Of a stretch of DNA of 64,000 nucleotides, positions 1 to 12,194 are shown in pieces (position 1 is the stretch's first letter; every line of letters begins with the position of its first letter). The stretch lies in contig JASCQW010000043.1 of the NCBI GenBank assembly GCA_030264375.1, positions 79,534,090 through 79,598,089 on the forward strand, given 5' to 3'. The notes beneath the pieces were generated by a model. It had not been told where the DNA came from, did no database searches, and was given only the letters and a program-made list of their open reading frames with translations. Source of the stretch: Carcharhinus longimanus (lineage: Eukaryota). The translations under genes and the position numbers were made by a program.

Positions 1-354
1 TAGCTACTCTAAACGCCTCCGCTTTTAATTTAACACTTTCCTTCACCTCCTTCGTTATCCACGGCTTATTACCTCATATCATGAATGTGTGTAGAATCTT
101 AACAATAGCCAAAAGAAATAAGCCAGCTACTAACCTCTAAGTAGTTGATGATCCTGTTAAATGGTAAGGGCAGCAGAGGCAGGTGGAGGGGGAGCTTAAT
201 ATCATGTCTATCTATGTGAAATTAAGAGAAGGCATTGGCTGGGTCATGTTCTGTTTACTTCCAGCAGTGCTAACCCCTTTACCTTTATCACATCTGGCAC
301 ACTGCATATCAGAAATGAGTACGTGCACTTCTAATCCCACATTGAAATCAGCGA

Positions 355-693
355 CATGGTGGCACAATGGTTAGCACTGCTGCTTCACAGCACCAGGGAC
401 CTGGGTTCGATTGCTGGCTTGGGTCACTGGCTGTGTGGAGTTTGCACATTCTCCCCATGTCTGTGTGGGTTTCCTTTAGGTGCTCCAGTTTCCTCCCACA
501 GTCCAAAGATGTGCGGGTTAGGGTGGTTTGGCCATGCTAAATTGACCCTTAGCATTCCGAGATGCATAAATTAGGGGGATCAGTAGGGTAAGTAGGTGGG
601 GTTACAGGGATGGGGCCTCGGTAAGATTAAAAGATGGGTTGGTGAAGAGTTGATGGGCTGAATGGCCTCCTTCTGCACTGTAATGATTTTATG
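355..693 (+). mobile_element. HE1-like tRNA-derived V-SINE with CR1-type tail
   Basis: Pol III A/B-box-like head (tggcacaatggttagcactgctgc...gggttcgatt), V-domain core (gtgtggagtttgcacattctcccc...gtttcctcccacagtccaaagatgtgc), tail gggctgaatggcctccttctgcactgta; several homologous copies in the window. Confidence 0.9.
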
Positions 694-1092
694 AATAGGC
701 CCCAGAGCCTCCAAGAAACCAACAGTACTGAGCCCAATTTCACCCCCTGCATGTTTTAAAAACTGTACAGAATTTTGCTAAAGGTTAATTATCTCGTCCA
801 CCAAATGTTCAGCCACTGAAATAATTGGCATTCTCTCACGAAGGTTAGTTGACTCAGACCAAATGAATGTTTCGTTATAACACAAGAATATAGCAATAGG
901 AGCATAGGTAGACCACATGGCCATTCAATATGATTATGGCTGGCCTTGGGCCCCAACTTCATTTTCCATCCTCTCTCCATGTCCCTTAACTGTCTGAGGG
1001 ACCAAAAATCCATCCCTCTCAAATTTCAATGTATTCAACAATGGAGCATCCAAAGATTCACCATCCTTTGTAAAGAAATCTCTCCTCATCTC

Positions 1093-2063
1093 GGGGGGCA
1101 ATTCTCCCATCCTGTTGCGCTGACCTTTTAGCTCAGCAGGTCGGGAGTCTTAGGCGGGGGTGAATTACCGTAATTTGCGGTGGGCATCCAGCCCCGAGCA
1201 CATCTCCCAGCGCCGGATTTCCAATTACGAGGAGCTGGCGGCCTGACCCCGCTGGAGTGAAGGGGGAGTAATCAGGGCCCCCCCAAAGGGTCAGGCCCCA
1301 GAGTGGGGGCATGGGGCAGTGCAAAGGGGGCAGGGCCTAATGAAGGTGCAGGCTGATGAGGAGGGGCCTAAGGGGGGTGGGACCTGATGGGTGGTCGATG
1401 GGAGGTCCCACTGCCACTCAGTGTTGGGGTTGGTGGGGGAGCGAGGCCAGCGATCGGGGCTGTCCATCGGGGTGGGGAGGGTCAGCCAGCCGGAGGGGGC
1501 AGCGAGGGGTGAGCACTATGGAGGGGAAATTGGGGGGAGGGCAGGCAGGAGATTGAGTCTGAAGGGGAGNNNNNNNNNNNNNNNNNNNNNNNNNNNNNNN
1601 NNNNNNNNNNNNNNNNNNNNNNNNNNNNNNNNNNNNNNNNNNNNNNNNNNNNNNNNNNNNNNNNNNNNNCAATGCAGAAGTTGTGGGGCTGGCAGCAAGT
1701 GGGAGGCCGGCAGTGCAGGGCTACTGCGTATGCACCAATTTCGGCGCTGACAGATCGGCACATGTGTGGTGGTCCACTCGACACTATGCTGCCAGCCTCG
1801 CCAGCAGGAATAAGCCCCGCCGACTGATTTTTTATATGATTCAAGCTAGTGCACTCTGCACTGCATGGAGTACAGGTGGTTCATTTTGAAACTGCTGAAA
1901 AAACCGACGTGATTTACCCCAGTTTTCACGCAAATTCAACACATAGAGCGGGATTTTACGACTTTGCTCGAGTGAGATCGTAAAATCCCGTCCAAGGTCA
2001 ACGGTGATTTCCATTCTGCGAGGCAGTAAAATTCTGGCCTTAAAATTTGTTGGGAGAATCGCC
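1093..2063. mobile_element. Non-autonomous PIF/Harbinger-type DNA element (about 1 kb, contains a gap)
   Basis: Terminal inverted repeats ggcaattctccca / tgggagaatcgcc; internal segment tgcaccaat..ctgacagatcggcacatg shared with the copy at 18547-19503. Confidence 0.7.
1947..2039. mobile_element. Short MITE nested in the larger element
   Basis: gcgggattttacgac...gtaaaatcccgtcc..gtcaacgg.gatttccattctg matches the copy at 41169-41293. Confidence 0.7.
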
Positions 2064-2531
2064 ACATCCCCTCCCCCACTGAACCCCCCCCACCCCTCAC
2101 AGCTCTAAATGATTGGTTCCTTACTCTGAGGCATGTGGCCCAATGTTTTAGATTCCCGCCCAATGAAAACAATGTTTCCATGTCCAAACCCAGTCAGAAT
2201 TGTTTAAGTTTCAATCTTGTCGTCTCTCATTCTTCTAAACTCCAGAGACAATAAACCCAATTTATTCAGCCTCTCATCATTGGACAAGCCTCTCATCCTA
2301 GGGACCAAATTAGTGAACATTTGCCTTTCAATTCCTATTGAATAAAGAAACACATCCTGATCCATTGATGTTATAATCAATCCTGTATCTATTTTATTGT
2401 CACCATCACCATCATTTCACAATTTACAGTTTATTAAATTTATACAATATATGGTTGATAGTGTGCTCAATAATAATTCACAACTATATTGGGTTGGGGA
2501 CAGAATGTGTCTGAGGCTATAATGTGATTTG

Positions 2532-2603
2532 CAAGGACTATTAGGCATGGGTAATAAATGCTGGCCTTGCTTGTGACACCAATATCCCAAGAATGAATAA
2601 AAA
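2532..2603 (+). mobile_element. L2-type LINE/SINE 3' tail
   Basis: ttaggcatgggtaataaatgctggccttgc...tcccaagaatgaataaaaa; same tail as 4640-4820 and 32770-33615. Confidence 0.65.
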
Positions 2604-3454
2604 CAATTTTGGCGTGCATTTTTATCGGCTAGCTAGACCGTGGCTTTTTATTCTGACTCCGTTAACTCATACGGGAAGTTGCTAATTTGCCCATGTTAAT
2701 GATCATTTTGAAAGAGAATTTAATTTGAATTTTCTTCACTAACTATCAGATTTTAAAAACAGGTATTTTCACAATGTTTGCAAACATTGGGTAGGCGATT
2801 CACTTTAAACGAAGCTGACATCATTTGCAATACAAAAAAATGATCATGCAAATTGTTCAGTGGAAAGCAAAAGTGCAGATTAAGGAATTCAATAGTATCA
2901 ATTTAATTAATTCAGAGCAGTTCAATGAGCAGCTAAACAAGCAAAACTTTGATCTGACCACAAGTAAAAGGCTTGTTTTTAAATGATATACTCATTTGTG
3001 TGGGTTTTTTTTCATGCTGTGAAGCTATTGAGTTTGGGGAGGGACTTGGGAATCATATCCTGTGAATTGAATATTTGGAAATAATGCTTCAAAATAAAGA
3101 GGGAATTCTTTGATATTTGGAATTCATTCATCGCTCAGTAAACCAGATGTCAATAGATTATCCCTTTTATATTTGATTACAGACCTGCTACAGTTTATGT
3201 TCTGACCGAATTGTACAGGTTAAGTTGGTTAGTCTCTGAAAGTGGGATAATAATGTGTGCCTAACCAGCACCCTCTCAGTGTCATGCAAGCAGCAGGCCA
3301 GCATTGTGCTGTCTGCTTATTATAATGCTTTCTGTGTGCAGCCAACACTAATTGCACTGTTCATTGGCTGCTCACATCAGCAGAAGGCCCAATATCATTA
3401 ATAACCTGCCCTACTTTATGCTAGGCTGCACTTTTTAAAGAAAAAATACATTTT

Positions 3455-4110
3455 CACAGAATCACAGATTACTGTAATGCAGAAGACGCCCTTGGGCCCA
3501 TAGAGTCTGCACCAACGCATGAAATGCCCTGACCTGCCCACCTAACCCCACTTGCCAGCACTTGACCCATGCCTTATAATGTTATGGTGNNNNNNNNNNN
3601 NNNNNNNNNNNNTTTTAAAGGATGTGAGGTATCCTGCCTCCACCACCCTCCCAGGCAGTGCATTCCAGACCATCACCACTCTCTGAGTAAAAAAAGGTTT
3701 TTCCTCAAATCCCCCCTAAACTTCCCATCCCTCACTTTTAACTTGTGTCCCCTCGTAACTGACCCTTCAACAAAGGGGAACAGCTGCACCCTGTCCATGC
3801 CCATCTTAATCTTGAACACCTCAATCAGGTTGCCCCTCAGTCTTCTTTGCTCCAATGAAAACAACCCAAGCCTATCCAACCCCTCTTTATAGCTTAAATG
3901 TTCCATCCCAGGCAGCATCCTGGTGAATCTCTTCTGCAGCCCCTCCAGGCCCCATTCACTTCCTTCCTATAATGTGGCGATCAGAACTGCACATAGTATT
4001 CTAGCTGTAGCCTCACCAAAGTTCTTTACAACTCCATCATGACCTATCTGCTTTTGTAGTCTATACCTGACTGATAAAGACAAGTGTGCCATATGCCTTT
4101 CTCACCACCC
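3455..4110 (-). mobile_element. CR1 LINE 3' end (ORF2 C-terminus and tail)
   Basis: ORF 3673..3918 reads LSYKEGLDRLGLFSLEQRRLRGNLIEVFKI...TRGHKLK, the typical CR1 ORF2 C-terminus. Confidence 0.9.
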
Positions 4111-4639
4111 TATTTTCCTGCCTTTTATCTATTTGTGCCTTTTTTTGGTTTGGTAAAGACTGAAGAATGGCTGACAGTGGGAGGGACTAACTACCAAGGA
4201 ATTCCACCACTGCACAGGAGACCCTGGAAGAGGAGGTGGAAAAGAGGAGAGCAAAACAATGGAACCATTGGACATAGAGGTCAGTGCCAGCAGTTTAGTC
4301 TCAAGGCCCTGGATGCAGTGTGGCAAGAATTTTAATAACCTCACATGAATAGTCAATGTCAATGAATAGATCTTCAAATTTCATATCCTACCAAATGCAC
4401 CTCAAGCTTCACACACTGCTCAGTTCACTCACCTACTATTGATCTTTTTCAGCCAGAACTCATTCATCATAATAATGCTTTACCTCATTTTCTCAAACAT
4501 TTAGCATTTTTGCAAGACTCAGAACTACAACTTAAAGCTTTCACACCCTGCCAGCTATTCAATAATAATTGAAACATCACCAGTGAATTCCATTTGGACA
4601 ACTGAAAGGGAATCACTGAACATGACAAACAAATATCTG

Positions 4640-4820
4640 CTTCCTTCATTGTTGCTGGGTAAAAATCCTGGAACTCTCCCTAATGGCATTGTGGGTGTAC
4701 TTCCACCTCGAGGACTTCAGCAGTTCAAGAAGTCAACTCAGCACCACCTTCTCAAGGGCAATTAGGGATGGACAGTAAATATTGGCTAGCCAACGATGCC
4801 ATATTCGTGAATTATTTTTT
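4640..4820 (+). mobile_element. L2-type LINE 3' end
   Basis: aaatcctggaactctccctaatggcattgtgggtgtac...cagttcaagaag...caccaccttctcaagggcaattagggatgg. Confidence 0.8.
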
Positions 4821-6147
4821 ATTAAATATCGCTGAGGCTATGGTTACTGAAAGGCTTGAATTCTTACCTCCCACTTCTCAGTTGTTGAAAACTGTCTTGC
4901 GAGTCACAATCTAAGTGGGGTTAGGTGGGCAGGTCACGTGCATTCACTGCAGAGGGCTCAGATGAAGACCTCAATGGGCCATTGACAATACTCTCATTAC
5001 TCTGCTTTGAGATTCAAGCTCTGCAGCAGTTGCTGAATTTTAGTGAAGCACAGAGATCCCAAACGTTGGCCAACACTGAAGTTCAGGTAGGAGAATTGCT
5101 CCCTGAGCACCTCAGGCAATAATGGTCTCCTGCTAATTGCACTTCTCCACCTCCCCCTTTTTCCTTCTTCCAACAGCATATCTTATTCTATATGGTCTCT
5201 GATCATTCTCCTATGCCCAATTCAAAGAGGCAAGGCTATTAGTGTCTTTGGACAATTGAATTGTGCAGCAGTCTTTGGGGAAATAACAAGATTCTGCATC
5301 TACCACACCATTTCCTGCAAACTTTGCATCTTGAAACCACAATATAAAGCACAAAAACATGTGGAATCCTAGCAACAGCCAGAAGAAATAAGCCTGAAGC
5401 TATCATCTAAGCAGTCAATGATCTCATTAAATAGCACTGCTGATGGAGGAGGTGAGGTATGGGTGAGTCCTCTTCAGTTGCTCAATGTCGTGTTCAGTTG
5501 TGTGAGATTAGGAAATGGTGTAAGATGGGGTATGATTTGCCCCATCTATCAGTGCCGACCCCTTTACCAACATGACATCTGGCACACTTTGCAGGAAAGA
5601 GTGTGCAGATGGCCATTTTGGGACTCTAATGAACCTCAGAGCATCCAAAAAAAAGGAGCCATTGAGAACAATTTCACCCTGTAATGATGCACTTTCACAG
5701 ACTTCATTAGAAACACAATCTGAAAAACTGTACAAAGGCCAGCAGCCAGCACAGCTGCTGGTAGGTCCCTATATGTCTCCTGCCTGAGTGAGGACTCCAC
5801 CCCTTGGAGTAATTATCCACTTTCGTCCCAATTGGCCCTGAAGCTAGACGTCCCTTACTCTGCTGTGTTGCCTTCAAAGGGTCAATCACCACAAACCATC
5901 ACACACGCTCTCTGAATTTAAAAACTTCCCTGAGGATTAGGAAGGGTTAATTATCTCGTCCTTCAAATGTTCAGCTACAAAAAATAATTGACATTAGCTT
6001 ACAAATTGAAGTAAACAATTACAGATTCACTTAATCTTTGGAATGTAGGGAATAGTTTAAACCCGATCTGCCCAGTGGGAACATGCAGGATCAGATTGGC
6101 TATCAATTTGTCCATTTTACACCTCATCTAGTTTTGCTTTTAGTTCC

Positions 6148-6246
6148 CAAAAGAGAAAATGCTGGAAAATCTCAGCAGATCTGGCAGCATCTGTAGGGAG
6201 AGAAAAGAGCTGACGCTTCGAGTCCGGATGACCCTTTGTCAAAGCT
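6148..6246 (-). mobile_element. Penelope-like terminal fragment (family 2) with degenerate hammerhead core, inside a palindromic MITE-like stretch
   Basis: aaaatgctggaaaatctcagcagatctggcagcatctg... is the reverse complement of 43208-43340. Confidence 0.7.
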
Positions 6247-7727
6247 CAATGTTTTTAATTCAATTTTGTGGAAAGCTAAACTAGGCCAGGAAGTAAAAGC
6301 GGGGTCAGATCAATATTATCCTTGTTCAGGAAGTAATACAATGATCAATCCAATAATTGATATGGGGAGGGATGCATTATCACTTTCTGAATTAAATTAT
6401 TAGATGCAGGCACAATTTCTTCAATGTTATCCTGCCACTTAACATCTAAATGTGATGTTAAATCATTTGAGCAGATAATTTGCTCAGCTTTTCTGTGCTA
6501 ATTATGGGACTGATAAAATGAAACTTGTGCCAGGATTTTCAGGATGGCATGGGCTTGGCGTTCCACTGTCACCAGGAGGAGGATCTGGCCAGAAACAGCA
6601 CCGCAGTGGCCAGAAGAGGCACTGTAGGGAGCTGCCTGGAACTAAGTGCCAAAAGTAAGTGACAGGATCCAGGGAGGGAGAGGTGGGAGAGCGGGTGCTA
6701 GGGAAGGCCTGAGGCTTCACAAGAGGATTGATCAGGGTTTAAAGGAATAGGACGTGGGAGGGGAGGTTGTGGAGGGAAGTCCAAAGATCAAACAGACCCC
6801 ATAGTATCGATGTACATCAGATGACAACTTTCCATACAATGGGCACTAATGACTTGCACAGTGCTTGCCTCTCCTAACACTCCACGAGGTGCCCCTAAAG
6901 CACCTATAGTGCTCAGAGCCAGCACACCTTCCAAGTGCTAAACTAACTGTAGCCCCATTTTATAGCAGAGTCCCCATTTGGAACAAGGAAATACCTGAAC
7001 AAAGTGGTACATTTACTCCCAAGCCAGCACTCTCCTTCCAACAGGATCATGCATATGTCTGCCACGTGCCTTTTAATGAAGCTGGTTTTATAGTGTCTGA
7101 TCTCTTCATCCAAGGAATAATGGCACTATATGGCCCCTCCATTGCTACAGACTCCTGACAATTCACCCTCTATACATTGTGCACTAGATACCTGAAGCAT
7201 CATAATATGAACTAGCCTCATGCAAATCCAACTTGCTGAGGCACAGATGGAGAGAGGGACAACCACATGAAAGAAGCAGCTACCTCCATATTTTCCAAAC
7301 ACACGTTGCACCAAATTGATTGCTAAAGATTTTTCCAAATGTTCATTCTGAAATGATTATATATTATAGACAGTCATTTCAATGCACACTAAATCTCATT
7401 TCAGGAAATTTCTATCTCAGTAATAATATGATTTTAAATAACCAAATAGAAATGGTAAGTCAGACTGAGGAAATTATTTTTCACAGATTGTTGATCACAC
7501 TCTAAATAATTCTGTCTCGGGCACAGCACCAAGGAGGGCTGATTGGATTTTGCATCCAAATCGTTTAAAATGCTGAATATAAAATGCTTCTTTAATGGTT
7601 GTGGAAATACACTTCTCCTAACAGTTTTAACTTCTGATCATTGTAGAAAGGCAATTTCCTCGTGCAGATCAAGAATTCCACAAACAAAATCTTACATCTT
7701 TCATTTGTGTAGTGTATTTTTGAAGTC

Positions 7728-8012
7728 TACTTATTAGTCACAAGTAGATTTACATTAACACTTCAACGAAGTTATTGTGAAAATCCCCTAGACTCCATCG
7801 CCTGTTTGGGTACCCTGCGAGAGAATTTAGCATGGTTAATGCGCCTAACCAGCACACCTTCCGGACTGTGGGAGGAGACCAGAGCACCTGGAGGAAACCC
7901 ATGCCGACACAAGGAGAACATACAGACTCTGCACAGACAGTGACCCAAGCTGTGAATCGAACCTGGGTCCCTGGCGTGGTGAGGCAGCAGTGCTAGCCAT
8001 TGTGGTACCACG
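7728..8012 (-). mobile_element. V-SINE subfamily B (HE1-like head, different 3' tail)
   Basis: Same head as 355-693 but tail ggattttcacaataacttcgttgaagtgttaatgtaaatctacttgtgactaataa. Confidence 0.88.
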
Positions 8013-8961
8013 CATGGGAAAGTGTGCCAGGGGACTAACCCTTTACCCACAGCATATATCCTGGATGTCCATCATCTACTCCTGGTCTGCTGAGGGAGGC
8101 AATAAATATCCATGAGACTGTTAAATTCAAACTAAAACTGACAGATTTCTTTACAAGTGTAACACAGAATACATCACATAATCTTTACTTATTTTTGTCA
8201 GGATGAAGGCTGCGCTTTGGACAGATGGAAACTCCATCTGGAAAGATGGATCTTTGCTGAATCTTATGTAGCACCTGCATGATCAAGCTGGGAGTTGTAC
8301 AAAAGCAAACTACCCAAACTATTGCTCGTTGAGTTAGGTAGAACATACAGCACAGAAACAGGCCATTTGGGCCCAATTGCTTCATACTCCAAGTAAACCT
8401 CCATCAACTTTAACTACCCACCTCCCCCCCACCAAATCCTTCATTCCCTGCATACATTTTATCACCACCTTTTGCCTTGCATCATTGTTCCTTTTGTCAA
8501 TTAATTTCTCCTGCTTTCCATGCTATCATGAATCTTTTCTTCAATTCTCCTCCCTACCCAGCACCCCTCCTTGTATTCCTGACTCTTTCTTAAAGCCTGT
8601 TCCATCCCTAATTTGCTACATCTCTAACAGAAGGTTGATAACCGGTGAATTTTAATCTCCAGTAATGGTGGGTGGTGTCAGGTGTAATGGTAAAATATTA
8701 AAGATCTCAAATAAGGCACCAACCTGCTCCAAGACTGCCCAATTNNNNNNNNNNNNNNNNNNNNNNNNNNNNNNNNNNNNNNNNNNNNNNNNNNNNNNNN
8801 NNNNNNNNNNNNNNNNNNNNNNNNNNNNNNNNNNNNNNNNNNNNCCCAATTCCAGTCTTAACAGAGGTTTAATGGACTTGCTTCCAGGATCAGGTTGTCC
8901 TCTGAGATCTGGAAATCCAAACAGTTCAAAGGAGCTGAAGTCAGTTTGGAGTTTGTTTTAT

Positions 8962-9252
8962 TAGTGTATTATTATTATTACAAGTAGACTTACATTAACA
9001 CTGCAATGAAGTTACTGTGAAAATCCGGTGCCTGTTTGGGAACACTGAGGGAGAATTCAGCATGGCCAATGCTCCTAACCAGCACGTATTTCAGATTGTG
9101 GGAGGAAATTGGAGCACCCGAAGGAAACACATGCAGACACAGGGAGAATGTGCAGACTCCATGTAGACAGTGGCCCAAGCAGGAAATCTAACCCGGGACC
9201 CTGGGGCAGCGAGGCAACAGTGTTAACAATGTTAAGACACTGTGCCACCGTG
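8962..9252 (-). mobile_element. V-SINE subfamily B
   Basis: Homologous head and tail to 7728-8012. Confidence 0.88.
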
Positions 9253-9377
9253 CCTTTTATAGCACTTACGAGCTTGGTGGAGCAAGGGTTCTTCCCCCAA
9301 CACCCAAGTTTACCTGCTTTTCTGGCACCAGGCCCACATCCCTATCAGATATCCTGATACAAATACTCTAGTACTTG

Positions 9378-9530
9378 TCTGAAAGGTATGCTGGTTATGT
9401 GTATTAGCCATGCTAAATTTTCCCTCAGTGTACCCGAACAGGCGCCAGAGTGTGATGACTAGGGGATTTTCACAATAACTTCATTGCAGTGTTAATGTAA
9501 TTCTAGTCGTGGCACTAATAAAATAAATTT
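9378..9530 (+). mobile_element. V-SINE subfamily B, 3' half
   Basis: ccctcagtgtacccgaacaggcgccagagtgtgatgactaggggattttcacaataacttcattgcagtgttaatg. Confidence 0.85.
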
Positions 9531-9642
9531 AAACATAAAACTAAAAGTTCCCCAATCGGAATCAGAGCCTTGCCAAATCTCAACCAATGCTCCTTACCTA
9601 TCACTGTAGCCTGGTCCAGAATGCTTTATGGCCTGTCAATCA

Positions 9643-10100
9643 GGTGGCACTGCTGCCTCACAGCACCAGGGACCCAAGATCAATTTTAGCTTTGGGTGAT
9701 TGTCTGTGTGGAGTTTGAACTTTCTCTCCGTGTCTGTGTGAGTTTCCTCTCGGTATTCCGGTCTCCTCCCACACTCCAAAGATATACAGATTGGGCAGAC
9801 TGGCCATGTNNNNNNNNNNNNNNNNNNNNNNNNNNNNNNNNNNNNNNNNNNNNNNNNNNNNNNNNNNNNNNNNNNNNNNNNNNNNNNNNNNNNNNNNNNN
9901 NNNNNNNNNGGGCAGACTGGCCATGTTAAATTGTCCCTTAATACCCAAAGGTGTGTAGGTTAGAGGGATTAGCCATAGTAAATGGGCGGGGTAAGGGGGA
10001 TAGGGCAATGGGAAGGGCCTGGGTGGAATGTTCTTTCTGAAAGTCAGTGCAGACTCGATGGACTGGTTGGCCTCTTTCTGCACTGTAGGGATTCTATGAT
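9643..10100 (+). mobile_element. HE1-like V-SINE (spans an assembly gap)
   Basis: Head, V-core and tail ctgcactgtagggattctatga. Confidence 0.88.
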
Positions 10101-10297
10101 CCGATGACTTTCATCTGAAGATCCCACTCAAAATCAAAAATCTTCTCAATGGGGTCATTGCAATAGCCTTCTAGAACTGTGATCTAAACAAGATTTTCTA
10201 AAAATCTAAAATTACCTTCCCACTTTTGTCTTTTTTCCCTCTGGATATATATAATTCCAGGATTTTGTTGCTATTAATGGCCTTACCACTCTGAGTT

Positions 10298-10625
10298 GCA
10301 GAGATCTTGTGGTGCAGTAAGTGGTGACCCTACTTACTGCAGAGAACTTGGAGCCAGAATCTCCAAGTTCAAGTTCCACTTCAGGGCTTGATAACCTTGA
10401 AATATGTCTTCCTAGACATGGCCAAACAGGTTGAACTTGATGATATTTCCATTATGCCTGTGGCAGATGGTAAGAGTAGAGGAGTCTCCTGGTAAGTCAT
10501 ACTTGGAGTGATTTGATGCCTCTCAAGCCATAAACCTCAGCCAAGTGATCTGTTCCAGGAAAATAGGCTGCAGAAAACAGATAAAAGTGTGCGCTCTGTC
10601 TATGCAACTCCAGACACGAGAAATC
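10298..10625 (+). mobile_element. Old tRNA-head SINE-like repeat, family C
   Basis: Colinear similarity to 47820-48295 (tggtgca.ta; gagccagaa; gtggcag..ggtaa.ag; cctggt.ag; ttccagg.aaa). Confidence 0.5.
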
Positions 10626-10664
10626 TTCTACATCTGAGGAAGGCAACTTGTGTTGTCAGTTTTT

Positions 10665-10945
10665 AAAAGTAAGGGGTCATTCATAGATGAGGAGAGATTT
10701 TTCCTCTCAGAGGGCCATGATTTTTCTCAATGTCTTCCTCAAAAGTCAGTAGAAGCAGAGTCTTTGAATATTTTTAAGGCAGAGTTGGATAGAACTTGAT
10801 TAACAAGGGGGTGAAAAATTATTGGGGGTAGGCAGGAGTGTGGGGTTGAAGTTAAAGTCATATCAGCAACTATTTTTTTAAAGAGGGGTGCAGGCTCAAA
10901 GGGCTGAGGGGCTGCTGCTCCTAATTCATATGTTTGTATGTTATG
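10665..10945 (+). mobile_element. CR1 LINE 3' end
   Basis: gcagagtctttgaatatttttaaggcagagttggatag...ggctcaaagggctg...ctcctaattcatatgtttgtatg. Confidence 0.8.
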
Positions 10946-11236
10946 TTCGTTTATTCATAGGCTAGGGATGTTTTCTTTAAAAAGTATGCATAGGCCTATT
11001 TGCTCCATGTAGTTTCCCATTTTCTAGGGAGTAAATGACCTCCTAATTTCTCCTACCAAAATGAGACAGCTCACACTTTACAATATTGAATATAAATCTA
11101 CCCAGCCACTCTGCAAAACTGTTTCATTTCTTCCTCTATTTTGCTCCAATTCTCTACATTATCAGCCATACCCCCGATATGGTTTATTCTGCAAATTTCA
11201 CCACCACATTGTCAATGTTTGAATCCAAATCATTTT

Positions 11237-11959
11237 TGTTATGGTGAATGTTGTGGGGTTCTCTGGAGGCTAGGTATCACCAAAATTTCACCAATACAAA
11301 GACTCACGAAAGCCAGTGTCTCAGTTTAAACTCTTATCTTTATTAACCAACGATTGAAGGGAGAGATAACATTAGTCAGTTCAATGTCTTTCTACAGAGA
11401 AGGATCTGAGCTTTCCAATATAACTCTGAGGATACAATGCATGAATTGATCAATTATACATTTTTCATATCAAATTCTCCTGCTTTTCATTAGTTATGAT
11501 CAAATCATCTTCAATATAAATTAGTGATTAATAATACGTGTCTCATACTTTAGTCAATTGCTTTCTACCCTCTGACATCATGAGATTTCATTGGTCTGTA
11601 GAGTCCGGATGCATCTTCCCCCTACTGCTGATGCTTCTTCCTCTGTTGCCTTGTAACCCGTCGTTTAGCTACAAAGATCAAAGTTAAGGTTCCCACCAAT
11701 TCCTGCTACGTTACTGGCCTAATGAGACAGATGTACGTTCTCATGTCTGAGAAGGAACCTATCTTTTCTGGATAGTATGAAAAACTCTATTCATAAGTAG
11801 CTCTGAGAACCATACTGCTAGCAACTTTCGCTGATAAGAAGTTGCACATTCTGAGGTTTCATTGTTTCCGAAGAACATGATTCTGTCTGCCAAGGCTTCG
11901 TCCTGCTTTTTGCTAAAGTGCACAATTGCTTTTATAAAATACAGTTAATACATTTAACA
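11237..11959 (-). mobile_element. Putative solo LTR interrupting a CR1 fragment
   Basis: TG...CA bounded block of about 720 bp with a reverse-strand AATAAA near one end, between CR1-like pieces; no target duplication confirmed. Confidence 0.4.
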
Positions 11960-11969
11960 TACCAAAATA

Positions 11970-12088
11970 CATGGAGAGGCTCTTCCTGCTCAGAAAGGAC
12001 AGTAGGACTAGAGGGCACAGCCTCAAGATAAAAGGGGGGCAGTTTAGAACGGAGTTGAGGAGGAACTTCTTCACTCAAAGGGTGGTGA
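11970..12088 (+). mobile_element. Young CR1 3' fragment
   Basis: ERLFLLRKDSRTRGHSLKIKGGQFRTELRRNFFTQRVV; near-identical to 50885-50985. Confidence 0.88.
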
Positions 12089-12194
12089 NNNNNNNNNNNN
12101 NNNNNNNNNNNNNNNNNNNNNNNNNNNNNNNNNNNNNNNNNNNNNNNNNNNNNNNNNNNNNNNNNNNNNNNNNNNNNNNNNNNNNNNNGTGACT

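Larger units (their letters stand above)
890..2330 (-). mobile_element. CR1-type LINE 3' fragment (about 890-1092 and 2100-2330) split by a MITE
   Basis: Reverse-strand CR1 tail motifs (ggccattcaatatgattatggctg; cattcttctaaactccagagac; ttattcagcctctcatca) on both sides of the insertion. Confidence 0.65.

Noticed and set aside
355-430. tRNA-like sequences at SINE heads
   Set aside because: They are SINE promoters followed by V-domain and LINE-type tails, not tRNA genes
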